Below, in pieces: positions 1 to 14,758 of a stretch of DNA of 64,000 bases. This DNA is from Azolla caroliniana (taxonomy: Eukaryota; Plantae; Polypodiophyta). How positions within the stretch are numbered: the stretch's first letter is position 1; each line of letters begins with the position of its first letter. The stretch covers positions 15,128,001 to 15,192,000 of the forward strand of contig JBHGNT010000020.1 of assembly GCA_043228905.1 (NCBI GenBank). The letters run 5' to 3'. A program made the position numbers and the translations under genes. The notes below the pieces were generated by a model. The model was not told the origin of the DNA, did not search any database, and was given only the letters and a program-made list of their open reading frames with translations.

Positions 1-371
1 AAAGTTCATACTAATCATATGTATATAATAAATATAAAAATATTCGTTTTTAAAAAATTAATTAATTAAAATAAGTTTCATAAACTCTCTTAACACTATA
101 ATCTATTAATGAATAATTGTTTTTTTTGGTGAAATACTTTTATTTAAATAAATAAATAATTTCTTATATTTATTTTACAAAACGAATGGTTTTTTAATAT
201 TCTTGGGGCCATTTTGTATTCTCGAATATTGAGCATGGAGAATATCACGAATATCACGCATGTGTCAATCTATGGTCCCAAGTCTCAAAAGTCGTGGGGA
301 CGACTTTCCAAGGTCTTGTCGTCACATGTCTGACCATGAGCCATCACAGCAAAAGAACCATTCATCACAAA

Positions 372-377
372 AGTCAA
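372..377 (-). promoter_or_regulatory. Candidate W-box (TTGACT) ~120 bp upstream of RLK copy 1
   Basis: AGTCAA on the + strand. The same motif lies in the homologous position upstream of copy 2 (9633-9638). The motif is short and could be chance. Confidence 0.25.
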
Positions 378-493
378 CGGGACAACTGTCTGTCGGAGCT
401 CCCCTTCCCTCTGCTGCGTATGGACCTCTTAACTTATAACGCTAAATTCCATTCATCACATCTGCGTATGAACCTCATAATTATTTCAGCCTT

Positions 494-3400
494 ATGGCGT
501 TCTGCACTACCTCTAGTTATAGTCCATCCATCGTCTTCCCCATTCTTCTCTTACTTCCTTGTCTCACTCTCCTTGGCATTCATTTCTGCACCGCCCAATC
601 GCCTGCTGGTACGTACTACTTCCAAACATCATCAGAAAGAACCAGAACCTAGATTTAGCTCCTCATTACATAATTATTCCATTACATTTCTGTACCTCAC
701 TGTTAATATGATTGATGTCCTATTTTTTATGTAGGGTTCCTCAGCATAGACTGTGGGTCATCCCAAACCACAAATTACACTGATACCTTAGGCATTGAAT
801 GGGCACCCGATGCCACAATTTGGCCAGACATCAGCAGATGGTCTTTAACTTCGGATATATCACCCCCAAGTGGCGACACTAGCGGCGGTTCAAAGTATCA
901 GACGCTGCGCTACTTCCCCCCTGCCAATAAATCGACACTGAATCAAACCAAGTTTTGCTACACGTTGCCCGCCAGGGGCAATGGCTACTACCTGATCCGA
1001 GCCACATTCTGGTACGGCACATCGGCAACGACGACGTTGTATGGCACACGTGTACCTGGCGTCATAAGTTTCAGAGTGATGGTAGACACATACATTGGAG
1101 CGCAGATCTCCATTTCGCTACCGCAAACCTCCCCACAGACAGAGGAGATGTACATACGAGCACAGGATGGGAGCTCATCGGTGTCGGTGTGTTTCTCGGC
1201 GGCCTCTGACAATAGTGACAGCCCGTTCATAAACGCATTGGAGTTGAGACCTCTTCCATCGAAGATGTGGTCAGTTGACATGATAAACAATACAAACACT
1301 GCCCTCCGCACTGCAGCTCGATTAGACTTTGGCGCCGCTGTCTCCGCCCCTTCCATCATAAGGTAAAGCTCATGGTGAAAGAATCTCTGGTTCGTGGCGG
1401 GACTAATAATTAGAGCCATGTCTTGTTTGCATGTATGACTGACTGACTGCCCCCAGTGCTCACTTAGTTGACCTTGTATGTTCTTTTATTGTATTTTTCT
1501 GAATACAAGAAATACACGTGAATTGATTGAGTAGCACCACTTGAGCATTGACGCCGCATATAGGTACCCGTATGACACCCTAGACAGATTGTGGGTGTCC
1601 GATACGACGGGGCCAACAATCCAGACAAGTCTGCCTTCGAGCTCCGATATGCTCAACGACACTCCGCCGGTTTCAGTGATGCAAACGAGTTTTGTGGCCA
1701 CCAGCACAGCTGATAGCTTCTATTACAACCTCACAGATGGTCTTGCTGGCACCTCCTACGAGTATTTCATGGTATTCTTCTTCACAGAGATGAATCGGAG
1801 TGTTAATGCCTCGGGCCTCCGTGTGCTCAACATCTGGACCAATGGGAAGCTATTCTACCAGGATCTTGACGTCTATGCCCGAGCAGGTTTCTATGGTGTC
1901 GTTGAGGTTTACAGTCCCAAGCCTGTGGGACCCTACTCTGACTACATTCTCATCAACATCACATCGACTTCATCTTCCGTCTTCCCCCCTTTCATCGCAG
2001 CGGCTGAGATCCTCCAACTCTTTGACAACACCATGGCCCCCGGCACTTCATCCGTCGACAGTAAGCTACTACTCTGTTTTGATCAATGAATTGGAATTAC
2101 TGTACATCGTTTATTGAATGTGTACATGTATGCAGTTTTAAACCGATCCATCCTTTTTGCATTGTGGTAAACATGCACTCATTGTACCGTAATTGTTATC
2201 AGTTATAGGGATTCAAGGTATAACCAGCACCTTATCGGATGACTTCAATAGATTCACTGGGGATCCATGTTTGCCAGCAGAATACAAGTATCCATGGCTT
2301 GATTGTACTGCTGAAGGCATTCTCCCGACTCGAGTGATTTCTATGTGGGTTGCCCTAAATTGAATCAAAATGTTCAGCATACATATTTTGCTTAATTTCC
2401 TCTATTGTGGTAAACCATGTGGAAATTTCACTCAATGATTCAAATCTGATGTGCCTCTAAATAATAGATCCTTGTCTAATTGGAACCTAGTGGGAAATAT
2501 ACCATCCAGCATCAACAAGCTTGATCAAGCTGTGCAAATGTAAGGTTGCATCACACCGAGGATTAAATGGCTTCTGTTAGATTATCGAAGATCATCCAAT
2601 GACATTTAAGTATTTTGATACAGTTTGTTGGATGGAAATGCATTGGAAGGGCCTCTCCCAGTCGATCTGAGCAACTTGGTCAATCTCCAAGTTTTGTGAG
2701 TGACTGCTCTTGCTTGCCATTTAGGTCCTCGTTCATGCATTGGTTGAAATTGATATTGGAATTAAGGAGGAATACATATATGTGGTTAGAGTCCAATTAA
2801 CATGCACTCATTTCTAACCTTTTATACTGTAAATGCAAGAAGTAGCATCCCAGGTCAAATTTATCCATTTTGTTTTTACGTTTGACCGCAGGAATCTGAG
2901 CACTAACAAGTTGAGTGGAAGCATCCCTGATTCACTCGGGAAATTACCAAAATTGACATACCTGTGAGGGGAATTATTATTAGTATTATTTGCTTTTGGT
3001 CCTTGATTTCTACTGGCAGAATTCACATAATCTCGTTGTTTATATTACACCTTTGCCATGTGCCTGAAGGGACCTACGATACAATAACTTGAGCGGTGAG
3101 ATTCCTCTGTTACTGCAACAGAAGGCTAACATCGGGCAGCTCACATTCAAGTACGTGCTACTGCTCTTTTGCCATACAAAATAGAAAACTCATATCATCA
3201 GCTGCATTTCATCAATCCATCTTGCCAATGGGCTCAATTTATTGCAATTAAAACACACAAGGTAATTGTAAAAGCTCCTAGTACCTGAAAGGAAGCTAAA
3301 GTGAATTGATTATGGTCTCCAATCTTTATAGATATGAGGGAAACAACCTTCTAATCCTTCCCAGCAACAAAACAGAGTTGGCAACGAAACAAAGTCGGCT

Positions 3401-5513
3401 TCCGTTGATTCTTGGAGTGGTTGTCGGTGCAGTAGTTCTTTGTGTCGTGATTTCCATAGTCATTCTGTGTATAATGCGCAGAAAAAGAAAACCACATGCA
3501 ATTCCTACTTCCAAAAAGAAAGCTGGTCACAATATCAATCAAGCATATCAGCCATATGGCGTTGCAACTGCCACAAGTGAACCTAGTCCTCATGGTGAGA
3601 ATGAAGAAATCTGTCTCTTTTTTTTAATGGCTGTTGCTAAGCATAGTATTTATCATTGAATATGGCACCTAATTTCTGGCTGTCATCTCCGTCAGAGTTC
3701 AAAATTAAAAAAACTTTTAAGTATGTTAATTTCCTGATAGTTACATCGATATTGGCAAAACGATTTATACAGTTGTAAGCCAGAGAAGAGTAGTTGAAGC
3801 TGCAAATGCTACCCGGGTCTTCACATTTGGAGAAATTATGAGAGCCACCAACAATTTCTCGACAAAGATCGGCAAAGGTGGTTTTGGAGTTGTGTATAAG
3901 GGAAATCTTGGAGATGGTTCGGTCATCGCTGTAAAAGTATTGTCAGATGCATCCCAACAAGGGTCACATGAATTCTTGAATGAGGTATGATACTTTGATA
4001 TTGCACCTCTAAAAACTAACGAGATCATTAATGAAGCATAAATTTTGGCAAAAATGGCCCTTACCTAATCGATTGCCTCTTCCACTCCATTCTAACTGTC
4101 ATTTGTGATTCATTTGGCTACTGTAATGATGATTTGAATACATATAGGTAACTCTTCTATCACGAGTACATCACAGGAATCTTGTGCGATTGCTGGGATA
4201 TTGCATTGAGACAAATCTAGTGCTAGTATATGAATTTATGTCAAATGGATCGTTGTTTGATCGCCTCTTTAGTAAGATTTCTGTCTCTTCTCCTATGTTA
4301 TGTCTACACGAAAAACAATCAATCCAATACGTCTGCTTTAGATATTTTATTTCTTTTTCAAAGTCCATGCAAAGTTTCATGATATTATTATATATATATA
4401 TATATATATAGGCTAAACTAATCCCTCTTTCTTCAAAATCTGTAAAAACACAAAAAGGAAACACATCATTAGCGTCTTCTCCTTTGACATGGACTCAAAG
4501 ATTACAAATTTTGTTGGATGCAGCCCGAGGTAATAGATATTGGATTAATTTCAACTAATATGTATAGTATACTCTGCTATTATATGTTAATGCAACTTAG
4601 CTGACACGCTTCATAACTCTTGTTATGAATGATTGTAGGTCTGGCGTACTTACATGATAGTTGTAAGCCAAAAATCATTCACATGGATGTCAAGAGTAGC
4701 AACATTCTAATGACTGAAAATTTGGAGGGTAAAATGTCTGATTTTGGAATATCAAGGCTAAATTCTAGCGATGGAGGAATTCAAGTGACAACAAAGCTAG
4801 TGGGGAGTAGGGGATATGTGGATCCAGAGTATGTATCATAATCTTTATACATAGAAAACATGTCAATCTTTTGAAAAAATTAACTTGAGATTATGCTAAA
4901 TTATCTCTTACATGTCCCTGTGACATGTAACAATACATTATTTAGCATACAAAATGCTTACCATTGACATTATGTATGTGTTTTTATTTCACATGATTAA
5001 TCGATGATATTACTTCCAGGCTTGCATCCACATTAATATTGTCAGAAAAGGTTGATGTATATAGTTTTGGAATAGTTTTGTTGGAAGCTCTATGTGGCAA
5101 ACCTCCTCTTATAAGACATCAAGGACCGTCAAACAACACAATTCACATTTTAGAATGGGTATATATCATCAACTTTGATATAAATATCAAATGAAATGTT
5201 AAAATTTTTGCCATTCTTAGTTTTCCTAAAAAGCACATAAATTATATTGTTGTAGGCAAGATCTTACTATGAAACAGGTGCAATAGAGGAGATTGTAGAC
5301 AACGAAATTGGAAGTTACTACAGTGTGTCATCTGTATGGAAAGTGGCTGAGATTGCATTCGCATGTGCTAAATATGAGAGTAGAAAACGACCAACAATGA
5401 ATGAAGTTTGTAATGAGCTTATTGAAGCCTTGAGGTTAGAGACTAGTTCTAGTACAATCTCACCTAGAACTGCAGGAGAATGTCTTCCGTTGAATGACAT
5501 CAATGCAAGATGA
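494..5513 (+). CDS. Malectin-like domain LRR receptor-like kinase, copy 1 (multi-exon, apparently intact, non-RD HMD kinase)
   Basis: ATG 494 and signal-peptide exon 494-608. Exon 2 (735-1362) starts GFLSIDCG and contains YLIRATF and [11 protein letters not shown] (malectin-like). Exon 3 is ~1564-2060. A GDPC exon follows at ~2202-2344, then four short LRR exons and a TM exon ([28 protein letters not shown]). Kinase exons contain [32 protein letters not shown] and DVYSFG. Stop at 5511-5513. GT-AG introns are phase-consistent where I checked them. Confidence 0.93.
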
Positions 5514-6816
5514 TTACGAATACATCTCATCTCTGATTTGTACTCAATACATTTAATCCTATGCACAATCTAAGTAGTAAGTCAAATAATCATTGCCAGG
5601 ACATGTTATTTTTAGTAAAGATGTTTGTATTCATTGAGTTATTTTTGTTAATACATCAAACATAGGGCTCATCAAACCTCATTCCTTGACCAAAATCAAT
5701 ATCTTTTCCTTATTACAAAGGATGCTATGAAAAACGCAAGGCTTTAGTGTATGGAGGCAAAAAGTGGTAGAATTTCTAATTTGAGAAATATTTAAGTTCC
5801 AAGTATGAGATTCGTGAAGGATGATATCATGATTGTACTAGGAAGATTTGTTAGAATGTTGTAAACACAAAACAACAAATAATCAATGGAAAAATAAAGT
5901 TATAATCAGTGGAACAAGATTATATAACCGGCGGGTCAAGTGAATGATTATAAATATTATGATTAGGATGAAAATGTGAAAAGTGCACAATCATAGAGCA
6001 TATTAGTATAATTTTATGTTGGGCAAAATGCTCTAAGGAACCTTAACACATAAAAAGCTTAATATAAACCCCTCATATGATTATAAGCATCGTGGTTACA
6101 AAGTATGACAGACAATAATGTCGAGAAGGTAATATCAAAATATTAGTAAGAAAGGAAATCCAAAGAGATTAGGGATATTATTAATAGTCATGGAAGAGAG
6201 TTACTATGCAAGCTAATAAGCCCCTATGTCTCTGCCCTTGACGATTTGAGAGAAATTCAAGAAGAAGGAACGAAGATCAACATATACTTGATAATTAGGA
6301 GTCTTGAAACTTGTGTTATGTGTAGACCATAAGCTCATCCTTAATGAATTTTGACATTTTCTCTTAATCTTGATAATTAGTAGACACAAGGTCCTTAATA
6401 TCATTGTGGGTTTCAAGAAGATATTTAATTTCTACCAGCTTAACATAGGATAAGAATAATATGTGCCTTTGATTTGTTACTACAAAATTGCGTTGGCAAA
6501 CACCCATATATGTTTGTGAGATGGGCAAGATAAGGTATCAATCACTCTCTAGCATAGAAATGGAGTGAATTAGCTCACCTAGCAAGCCGTTCTCATTCTT
6601 ACGACCTCAAATAGGTAACTAAATAGGTTTGAAAGACTTACCTATGTTCTCATAAGTAATTACTTAATTAAGCAAAGAAAACACAATACTATATATACCA
6701 ACTACACTTCTATTGCCTAGATAAAACCAATTGCAACCAATACTCATGTAATTAAGTCAACAACTAGAGTCCACTTCATCCTCTCTCGTTCATGTCCCCG
6801 GTGGTCCCGCTCACAT

Positions 6817-6862
6817 TTCACACACACACACACACACACACACACCCACACACACACACACA
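6817..6862. repeat. (CA)n microsatellite
   Basis: Visible dinucleotide run. Confidence 0.9.
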
Positions 6863-7826
6863 ACATGTCTTTTGTCAAGCACACCTCCTAAGCCGGAGCA
6901 TTAAGCAATGCACACTTCTTTCTTGAGTTGTTGCTTACACACATGCTTTTCATTGACTCCTAAACTCCAAGCACAATAAGTACTCATGAACTACTATTTA
7001 TAATCTATATTCATAGGATGTTGTATATGCATATATACCATACGACAATGCATCGTAAATGTGATTGATAAATATTAAAACCGAAATCCACAAAAAGGCA
7101 TTCCATGTAATTTATATGGGAATATGTGGGAAAATAGAATCTACGTAAGATGTGGATTGGAGCTTCACTATTGTAAGTCTCCAATGATCATGCATGGATT
7201 ATTCTAGTAAATGGAGATGGAGATGTGAATTGGTGGTTCAAGATTGTTCAACTCCGACTTGGATCGATGAGTGATAAATCTAACACGTTCAACTCTTATG
7301 TACAACTTTTTGTGCATAAGAGTTGATTCCTTGACTACTAGCAAAAGAATATTGAAAAAGCATTTAGTAGCATACTTAGACACACATGTAACCAATATGT
7401 GGGAAACATGAAATGTAGGATAAACACACACACACAAAACTAAGGGATGTCCATGGACATGAATATTATTTGTATTTCACCAATGTATATCATGAATTTA
7501 TTTCTTTGTTATAGGTCCTAGGCATTTCTATGGAAGGTAGTCAAACTATAACTCCTTTATCTTCACCTATTGAGGTGGCATCCATTTCAAGGGCAAGAAA
7601 AAGATGTTCATGGATCGAGCAACACAAGCTCTCCATCACGAAGGGATGAAACCAATCCATGTAATAGAGTCAAGTGTTATCTCGCTTGTATTGGAATCAA
7701 CCTTTCAACCTTTGATGTATTCTGGATTCTTGATGTCCAAATAAAATTAATTTTAGCAACCTATTTTCTAGAATGATTTGTTATTGAATAGGGATTGCAT
7801 AGAAAATTTTGATACAAAAAACCAAG

Positions 7827-8040
7827 CTCTAGGCACAAAGATACGTGAATTTTAGGAAAAATCAACGAATAACGAATCCGAGTTACCGCATGGAGAATTC
7901 ATCACACCGAAATGAAGATTTCACCTTGGGGATCTCTAGGCACAAACATGCGTGAATTTCAGGCAAATTCAAGGAATAACGAATTCCGAGTTACCACGTG
8001 GAGAATTCATCACACTGAAACGAAGATTTCACGTTGAGGA
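7827..8040. repeat. Tandem duplication, two diverged ~107-bp units
   Basis: CTCTAGGCACAAA...CCGAGTTACC...GGAGAATTCATCACAC...GAAGATTTCAC occurs twice in tandem. Confidence 0.8.
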
Positions 8041-8465
8041 TTGTGATGGAACTTTTGGATTCCGTCGACTAAAGTTGACTGTGTTGTCTGACGGAGAAGA
8101 CAAGATAGACGCGCGAAGAGGGGAGGTCATAAACATAATTTGTATTAACTTGCCCCCCTTATTTTTATAGTTTAATTGACTTGGACCTAGTCAAAGGGTA
8201 GGCTTGGAGTGAATGTTGACATCGAGGCTAAACCTTCAATCGAAGGCTCGAGTCGAACTCAACGCCAACCTTGTTGCTGGCCGCCACGCAATCGTCGCCT
8301 GACGCCAGCTGCTGCCGTCTACTACCGTCAAGTCTGACGCCGCGTCTTCTTCATCACCGTTCATTATGGTACGGTTGTTGTTTGCTGCAATAACTTCCGA
8401 ACCCCGACTACAGCCACGTCATATCGCCACGTGGATGGTCCACTTTACACGTTACTCGATTACAT

Positions 8466-8980
8466 TTCCCCCTCCTAAACTTTTATAATTTCCCCTTTTT
8501 ACCCTTTTGAGCAAACCTAGACTGTCACTAAAGAAGAGAGCCAAATGACGACGACATAGACTTTTAATTCCCCGAAATACCCTTCTTCCCTCCAATGACC
8601 TAAACCTAATGTATCTTATTATACATAAACTTAAACTCAAACCAGATTCCTCACACACCCTCTTTCAATTGAACCCACCTAAACATATATACTTATTTAA
8701 ACGTCAACATAAACATAAACACACCTATGCACGTTTGTTAACGTATTATAAATATGGATAACTAACATATTCTGCTTCATTACACGTGAACTTGAATACA
8801 CACTCACACATATAGTCACAAATATCCAAATAAATATACATAAACATAATTAAAAAATTTATCCCTCACTATTTCAATTCTTCATACGCACACAACCATA
8901 CACAAAAGAATTATTAAAAGAAGTTTCAAAGACCAAAGGTGTCAGCACGACAACAATCCCATCCTCTCTAGTCAAAGTAC
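8466..8980. repeat. Dispersed repeat also at ~14920-15500 and, inverted, at ~50270-50800
   Basis: Shared CCCTTCTTCCCTCCAATGACCTAAACC and CAATTGAACCCACCTAAACAT blocks. Confidence 0.7.
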
Positions 8981-9755
8981 CTCCAATTCCTTGTGGATCC
9001 TTGAACACACATGTTCCTCATCACCACATTGCATGTTCTCGATTCACAACTCTCACCACTAACATTCATGAACATGGAAAGCCACCGCAAGTACTACCTG
9101 CGAAAATTATTTTCAAGTTTTTGGTCCCATGGGGTGTCACATTCGACCCTCCGGGACTTTTTTCCCAAACCATTCACCTCTCCGCCAAAATATGGACCTA
9201 ATTAAACTAAAATGATAAAAAGATTAAAAACGACATAAACATATCAACATCTGAAATACAATAAAGAATTAAAAAATAGTAAAATAATAAATGCCTACTA
9301 TCTTTGCTTGTCCGAGCCTATCGGGCTCATGAAAGAACTCAATTGATTTATTGACCGGTGTATATTGAATCATCAGTATTGGTGCCAAATGTCATTGGGT
9401 ATCATGACTTACTAACCATTTTCTTTGTGTTATACCAATGACTTTACCTACAATTCGGAATAAATGGGTACTCTGGTATTTATTCCAAACTAGTTTTGCA
9501 AAGTTACAATTTAAGTCCACATCTACTGTATAAATTCCCACTCAAATTTTCCTATGTAATCGTCTACTGGATTCTGCAACTTCTTAATCTCCTTCCGCCC
9601 ACCATTCCTGAATCCTCACTCCTTGCCTCAAAAGTCAAATGGGACACCTGTCTGTCGGAGCTCCAGTTGCCCTCTGCTGCGTATGGATCTCATTAAGCTT
9701 TTCCATTCATCACATCTTCGTGTTTTGTCCATCCAACCTCATAGCTATTTCAGCT

Positions 9756-12700
9756 ATGGCGTCCTGCACTACCTCTACTTATAGTCCATCCATCGTCTTC
9801 CCCATTCTTCTCTTACTTCCTTGTCTCACTCTCCTTGGCATTCGTCTTTGCACCGCCCAATCGCCTGCTGGTACGTACTACTTCCAAACATCATCAGAAA
9901 GAACCAGAATCTAGATTTTGCTCCTCAGTACATAATTATTCCATTACATTTCTGTACCTCACTGTTAATATGATGTTCTATTTTTTATGTAGGGTTCCTC
10001 AGCATAGACTGTGGATCATCCCAAACCACAAACTATGTTGATGCGTTAGGCATTGAATGGACACCGGACGCCGCAATTTGGCCGGACATCAGCAGATGGT
10101 CTTTGACTTCAGATATAACACCCCCAACTGGAGACACTAGCGGCGGTGCAAAGTATCAGACCCTGCGCTACTTCCCGCCTGCTAATAAATCGATGCTGTA
10201 TCAAACCAAGTTTTGCTACACATTGCCTGCCATGGGCAATGTCTACTACCTGATCCGAGCTACATTCTGGTATGGCACATCGGCCACGACAACATTGTAC
10301 GGCACGCGCGTACCGGGCGTCATAAGATTCAGTGTGATGGTAGACACATACACAGGAGCACAGATTGCCATTACTCTACCACAAACCTCCCCACGGACAG
10401 AGGAGATGTACATTCGGGCACAGAACGGGAGCTCATCTGTGTCGGTGTGTTTTTCGGCGGCGTCTGACAATAGTGACAGCCCGTTCATAAACGCATTGGA
10501 GTTACGACCTCTTCCATCGAAGATGACCTCGGTCTCTATGATAAACAATACAAACACTGCCCTCCGCACTACAGCTCGATTGGACTTTGGCGTCTCTGAG
10601 ACCGGCCTGTCCATCATAAGGTAAATCTCGTGCCGAAAGAATCTGTGCCTCAAGGAGGAACTAATTAGAGGCCATGTCTTGCAATAGGTGGCCCATGGTT
10701 GCATGCAGTATTTTGTGTTTTTCACTTACTGAAGCATTAAACCGCTATTAGGTATCCAGATGATTCCCTAGACAGATTGTGGGCAAGCGATACGACGGAG
10801 CCTACAATCCGGACAAGTGTGCCTGTGATCGTGGCAGGGCTTGTCGATTTCCCACCCGTTTCAGTGGTGCAAACGAGTTATGTGGCCACCAGCAACGCTG
10901 GCTTTTACTGGAACCTGACAAATAATCTGGCTGGTACCTCCAACCAGTATTATGTGGCATTGTACTTCGCCGAGGTTGACTCGCGTGTGAATGCCTCGGG
11001 ACTACGGGTGTTCGATGTCTGGATCAACGGGAAGTTGTTTTACGCGGGCATTGACGTCTATAAAGGGGTGCGTCTCTATGCTGTCTCGGAGTTTTACACT
11101 GTCAGTCCTGTAGGGCCCTACTCTGACTACATTCTCATCAATGTGACATCCACATCGTCTTCCGTCTTTCCCCCTTTCATCGCAGCGGCTGAGGTCCTCC
11201 AACTGTTTGAAAATCCCATAGTCCCTCCCACTTCATCCATTGACAGTAAGCTACTGTTTGATCGAAACATCGGAACTTAAAATTTGAACGCGAACAGTAA
11301 ACCAATACATCACTTCCCATTGTACTAACATGTACTGATTGTATCGTTATTTGTTAACAGTCCTGGGGGTTCAAGGTATAACTACTGCGTTATCCAGCAA
11401 CTTGAGTAGATTCACGGGGGACCCATGTTTGCCTGCGGAATACAAATATCCATGGCTCAATTGTACTGCCAAAGGCGTTCTCCCTACTCGAGTAACTTCT
11501 ATGTGGGTTGATATACGTTGAATACTGAATGTTTATCGTATCTATTTTTCTTCTTATTTTTCCTCAATTGTGGCCAACTATGTGGAAATTTCAATCAATG
11601 ATTCGTATCTGATATGCCTCTAAATTATAGATCTTTGTCTAACTGGAACCTTGTGGGAAGTATACCAAGCAGCATCAACAATCTTGATCAAGCTGTGCAA
11701 ATGTAAGGTTGCATCCTTTTAAGATTCTTGTTGTTAAGTATGCCAAGGATCGAATGGTAGGTTTTCTTATTGGCGTACATGATAAACTGAGAAATCACTG
11801 TAACTCAAAGATATTACCCAATGCAATGCTTACCCATTTTTGATACAGCTCTTTGGATGGTAATGCATTGGAAGGGCTTATCCCGGTGGATCTGAGCAAC
11901 TTGAAGAATCTCGAAACCTTGTAAGTGACCGCTCCATTTGCCCATTTATGTTCTCGTTCATGTACTAGTTGAAATTGATGGTAACTTAGAGCTCATTTAG
12001 CAATAATGATGACAACAATAAACGTGTGCTCCTCTCTAACCCTTCATACTGTAAATGCAAGGAGCAATGATATGCGAGGTAGAATGATCCTTATTGTTTT
12101 ACCGTCGGGTTTGTCTGCAGGAACCTGAGCTATAATAAGTTGAGTGGAGGCATCCCTGATTCACTTGCGACATTGCCCAAATTGACATATCTGTGAGGGC
12201 CAAATGTTTCTTATTATTTGTTATCGATATTCTTGGATTTCTATTGCTTACGAGTCAGCGTTATTATTAAATTCTTTTGCCATGTGCATCATTGAAGGGA
12301 CTTACGATACAATAATTTGAGCGGTGAGATTCCTCAGCTACTGAAACAGAAGGCCGACAATGGCCAGATCACATTCAGGTACGTATGGTTGCTCTTTTGC
12401 CTTACACAAAATAAATTACCTGCATTTCATCAATCCATTAAAGAGTTTATGTACAAAAACTTAATTTGGCAATGGGCTCAATTTTTTGTGCAATTAAAAC
12501 ACAAGGTAATTGTAAAAGCTCCTAGTACCTGAAAGGAAGCTAAAGTGAATTGATTATGGTCTCCTAATTTTATAGATATGAGGGAAACAACCTTCTAATC
12601 CTTCCCAGCAACAAAACAGAGTCGGCAACGAAACAAAGTCGGCTTCCGTTGATTCTTGGAGTGGTTGTCGGTGCAGTAGTTCTTTGTGTCGCAATTGTGT

Positions 12701-14758
12701 GCATACTGTGTATAATGTTCAGAAAAAGAAAACCACATGCAATTCCTACTTCCAACAATGAATTGGCTGTTCAGAATAAACCAAATCCTTCTCAAAATCA
12801 TGTAAATCAAGCATATCAACCGCATGCCGCCGCCGTTGCGACCTCCACAACTGAAGCTGATCGTCATGGTCAGAATCAAGAAAACCTTTCTCCCTCTTTC
12901 CTTTTGAGTTCTTAAAATCACTTGCAACCAGTTTTAGGCAATCTTTTTATACAGTCTCTATGGCACCTGATTGATTCGTCTTCTCCCCTCAAAGTTAGAA
13001 ACAATTGATAATTTCTTTGTACTAAAATTGATATTAGCAAAACAATTTATACAGTTGTGAGCCGCACAAGAGTAGTTGAAGCTACAAATGCAGCCCGCCT
13101 GTTCACGTTTGAAGAAATGATCAGAGCCACCAACAATTTCTCAACAGAGATCGGCAGAGGTGGTTTCGGAATCGTGTTTAAGGGAAGTCTTGGAGAGGGT
13201 AAATTCGTGGCTGTCAAAGTATTATCAGATGCATCACAACAAGGCCCACATGAATTCTTGAATGAGGTACTATAATAATTTCATATTGCCCTCATAAAAA
13301 AGACAAAGATTGATGAACCATTAATTTGGCACAAAATGATGATTATCTAGTTGAATCCCTCTTCCTCTTCATTCTAATTGTCAATAATAATTCATTTGGC
13401 CACTTTAATGGCGATTTAAATATAGGTAGCTCTTCTATCACGAGTACATCACAAGAAGCTTGTGCGATTACTGGGATATTGCACTGAGGAAAGGCTAGTG
13501 CTAGTTTATGAATTTATGCCAAATGGATCATTATTTGATCGCCTCTTTAGTAAGACTTATTTATCTTCTCTTATGTTGTCTATGTTGGTAACACAATCTG
13601 TTGAATTTGCTCAATAAATGTTTTATTTCATTAAATTTCATGTTAATACGAAGTTTCAAGATGATATAGACTAAACTATCCTTAATTCCTTCTTCAAAAG
13701 TCTCTAAAACACAAAAAGGAAACACATCATTAGCACCGGCATCTACTCCTTTGACATGGACTCAAAGATTACAAATTTTGTTGGATGCAGCCAGAGGTGA
13801 TAGATATTGGATTCCTTTCAATTAACATACATACATACATATATGTATTATACTATGTTATTATATGCTAATTCTACTTAGCCGTAATTTGTCACAAATG
13901 ATTATAGGCCTTGCATACTTACACCACAGTTGTGACCCAAAAATCATTCACATGGATGTCAAGAGTAGCAACATTCTAATGACTGAAAATTTGGAAGGGA
14001 AAATGTCGGATTTCGGAATATCACGGTTACATTCTAGCGATGGAGGGATTCAAGTGACAACAAAGCTAGTGGGGAGTAGGGGATATGTGGATCCAGAGTA
14101 TGTATTACAATCTTAACATTATATAAAACGAAGAAATCCTTTTGAAGAAATAATTTGAGATTACTTTAAATTATGTCTTACATGTCCCCCATGTATCATT
14201 GCAGCCTACCTTTATGTAACGTTTTGTTTTCCATGTTTACTGGATGATATCACTGAATCTAGGCTTGCGTCCACTCTAATATTGTCGGAAAAGGTTGATA
14301 TATTCAGCTTTGGAGTAGTTCTTTTTGAAGCTCTATGTGGCAAACCTCCTCTAGTAAGAGATCGGGGACGTGCAAACCATAGAATTCACATAGTAGATTG
14401 GGTATAGATGATCAACTTTGATATCAATATTATCAAATAAGATGCCAAATTTTAAGTCAATCTTAGTTTTCCTTAAAGCACATAATTTATACTTTTGCAG
14501 GCAAGACCTTACTATGAAAAAGGAGCAATAGAGGAGATTGTAGACCACGAAATTGGAAGTAACTATAATGTCTCATCTATATGGAAAGTGGCAGAGATTG
14601 GGATGGCGTGTGCTCAATATGAGGGTAGAAAACGGCCAACAATGGATGAAGTTTGCAATGAGCTTACTGAAGCATTGAGGTTAGAGATTAGTTCTAATGT
14701 AATCTCACCTACAACTACAGGAGAATGTTTCCCCTTGACCAACGTGAGTGTGAGATGA
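9756..14758 (+). CDS. Malectin-like domain LRR receptor-like kinase, copy 2 (multi-exon, apparently intact, non-RD HMD kinase)
   Basis: ATG 9756 ([21 protein letters not shown]). Same exon series as copy 1: GFLSIDCG, malectin exons, GDPC, LRR exons, [29 protein letters not shown]. Stop ends at 14758. Confidence 0.93.

Noticed and set aside
988-1419. Antisense ORFs conserved between copies (also 10246-10725)
   Set aside because: They are shadows of the malectin exon on the opposite strand.
494-5513. Naming the RLKs SYMRK, IOS1 or FRK1
   Set aside because: The architecture is shared, but orthology cannot be shown. A tandem array and non-RD kinase argue against SYMRK.
5700-7500. Possible decayed TE between RLK copies 1 and 2
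   Set aside because: No supportable boundaries or coding motifs.
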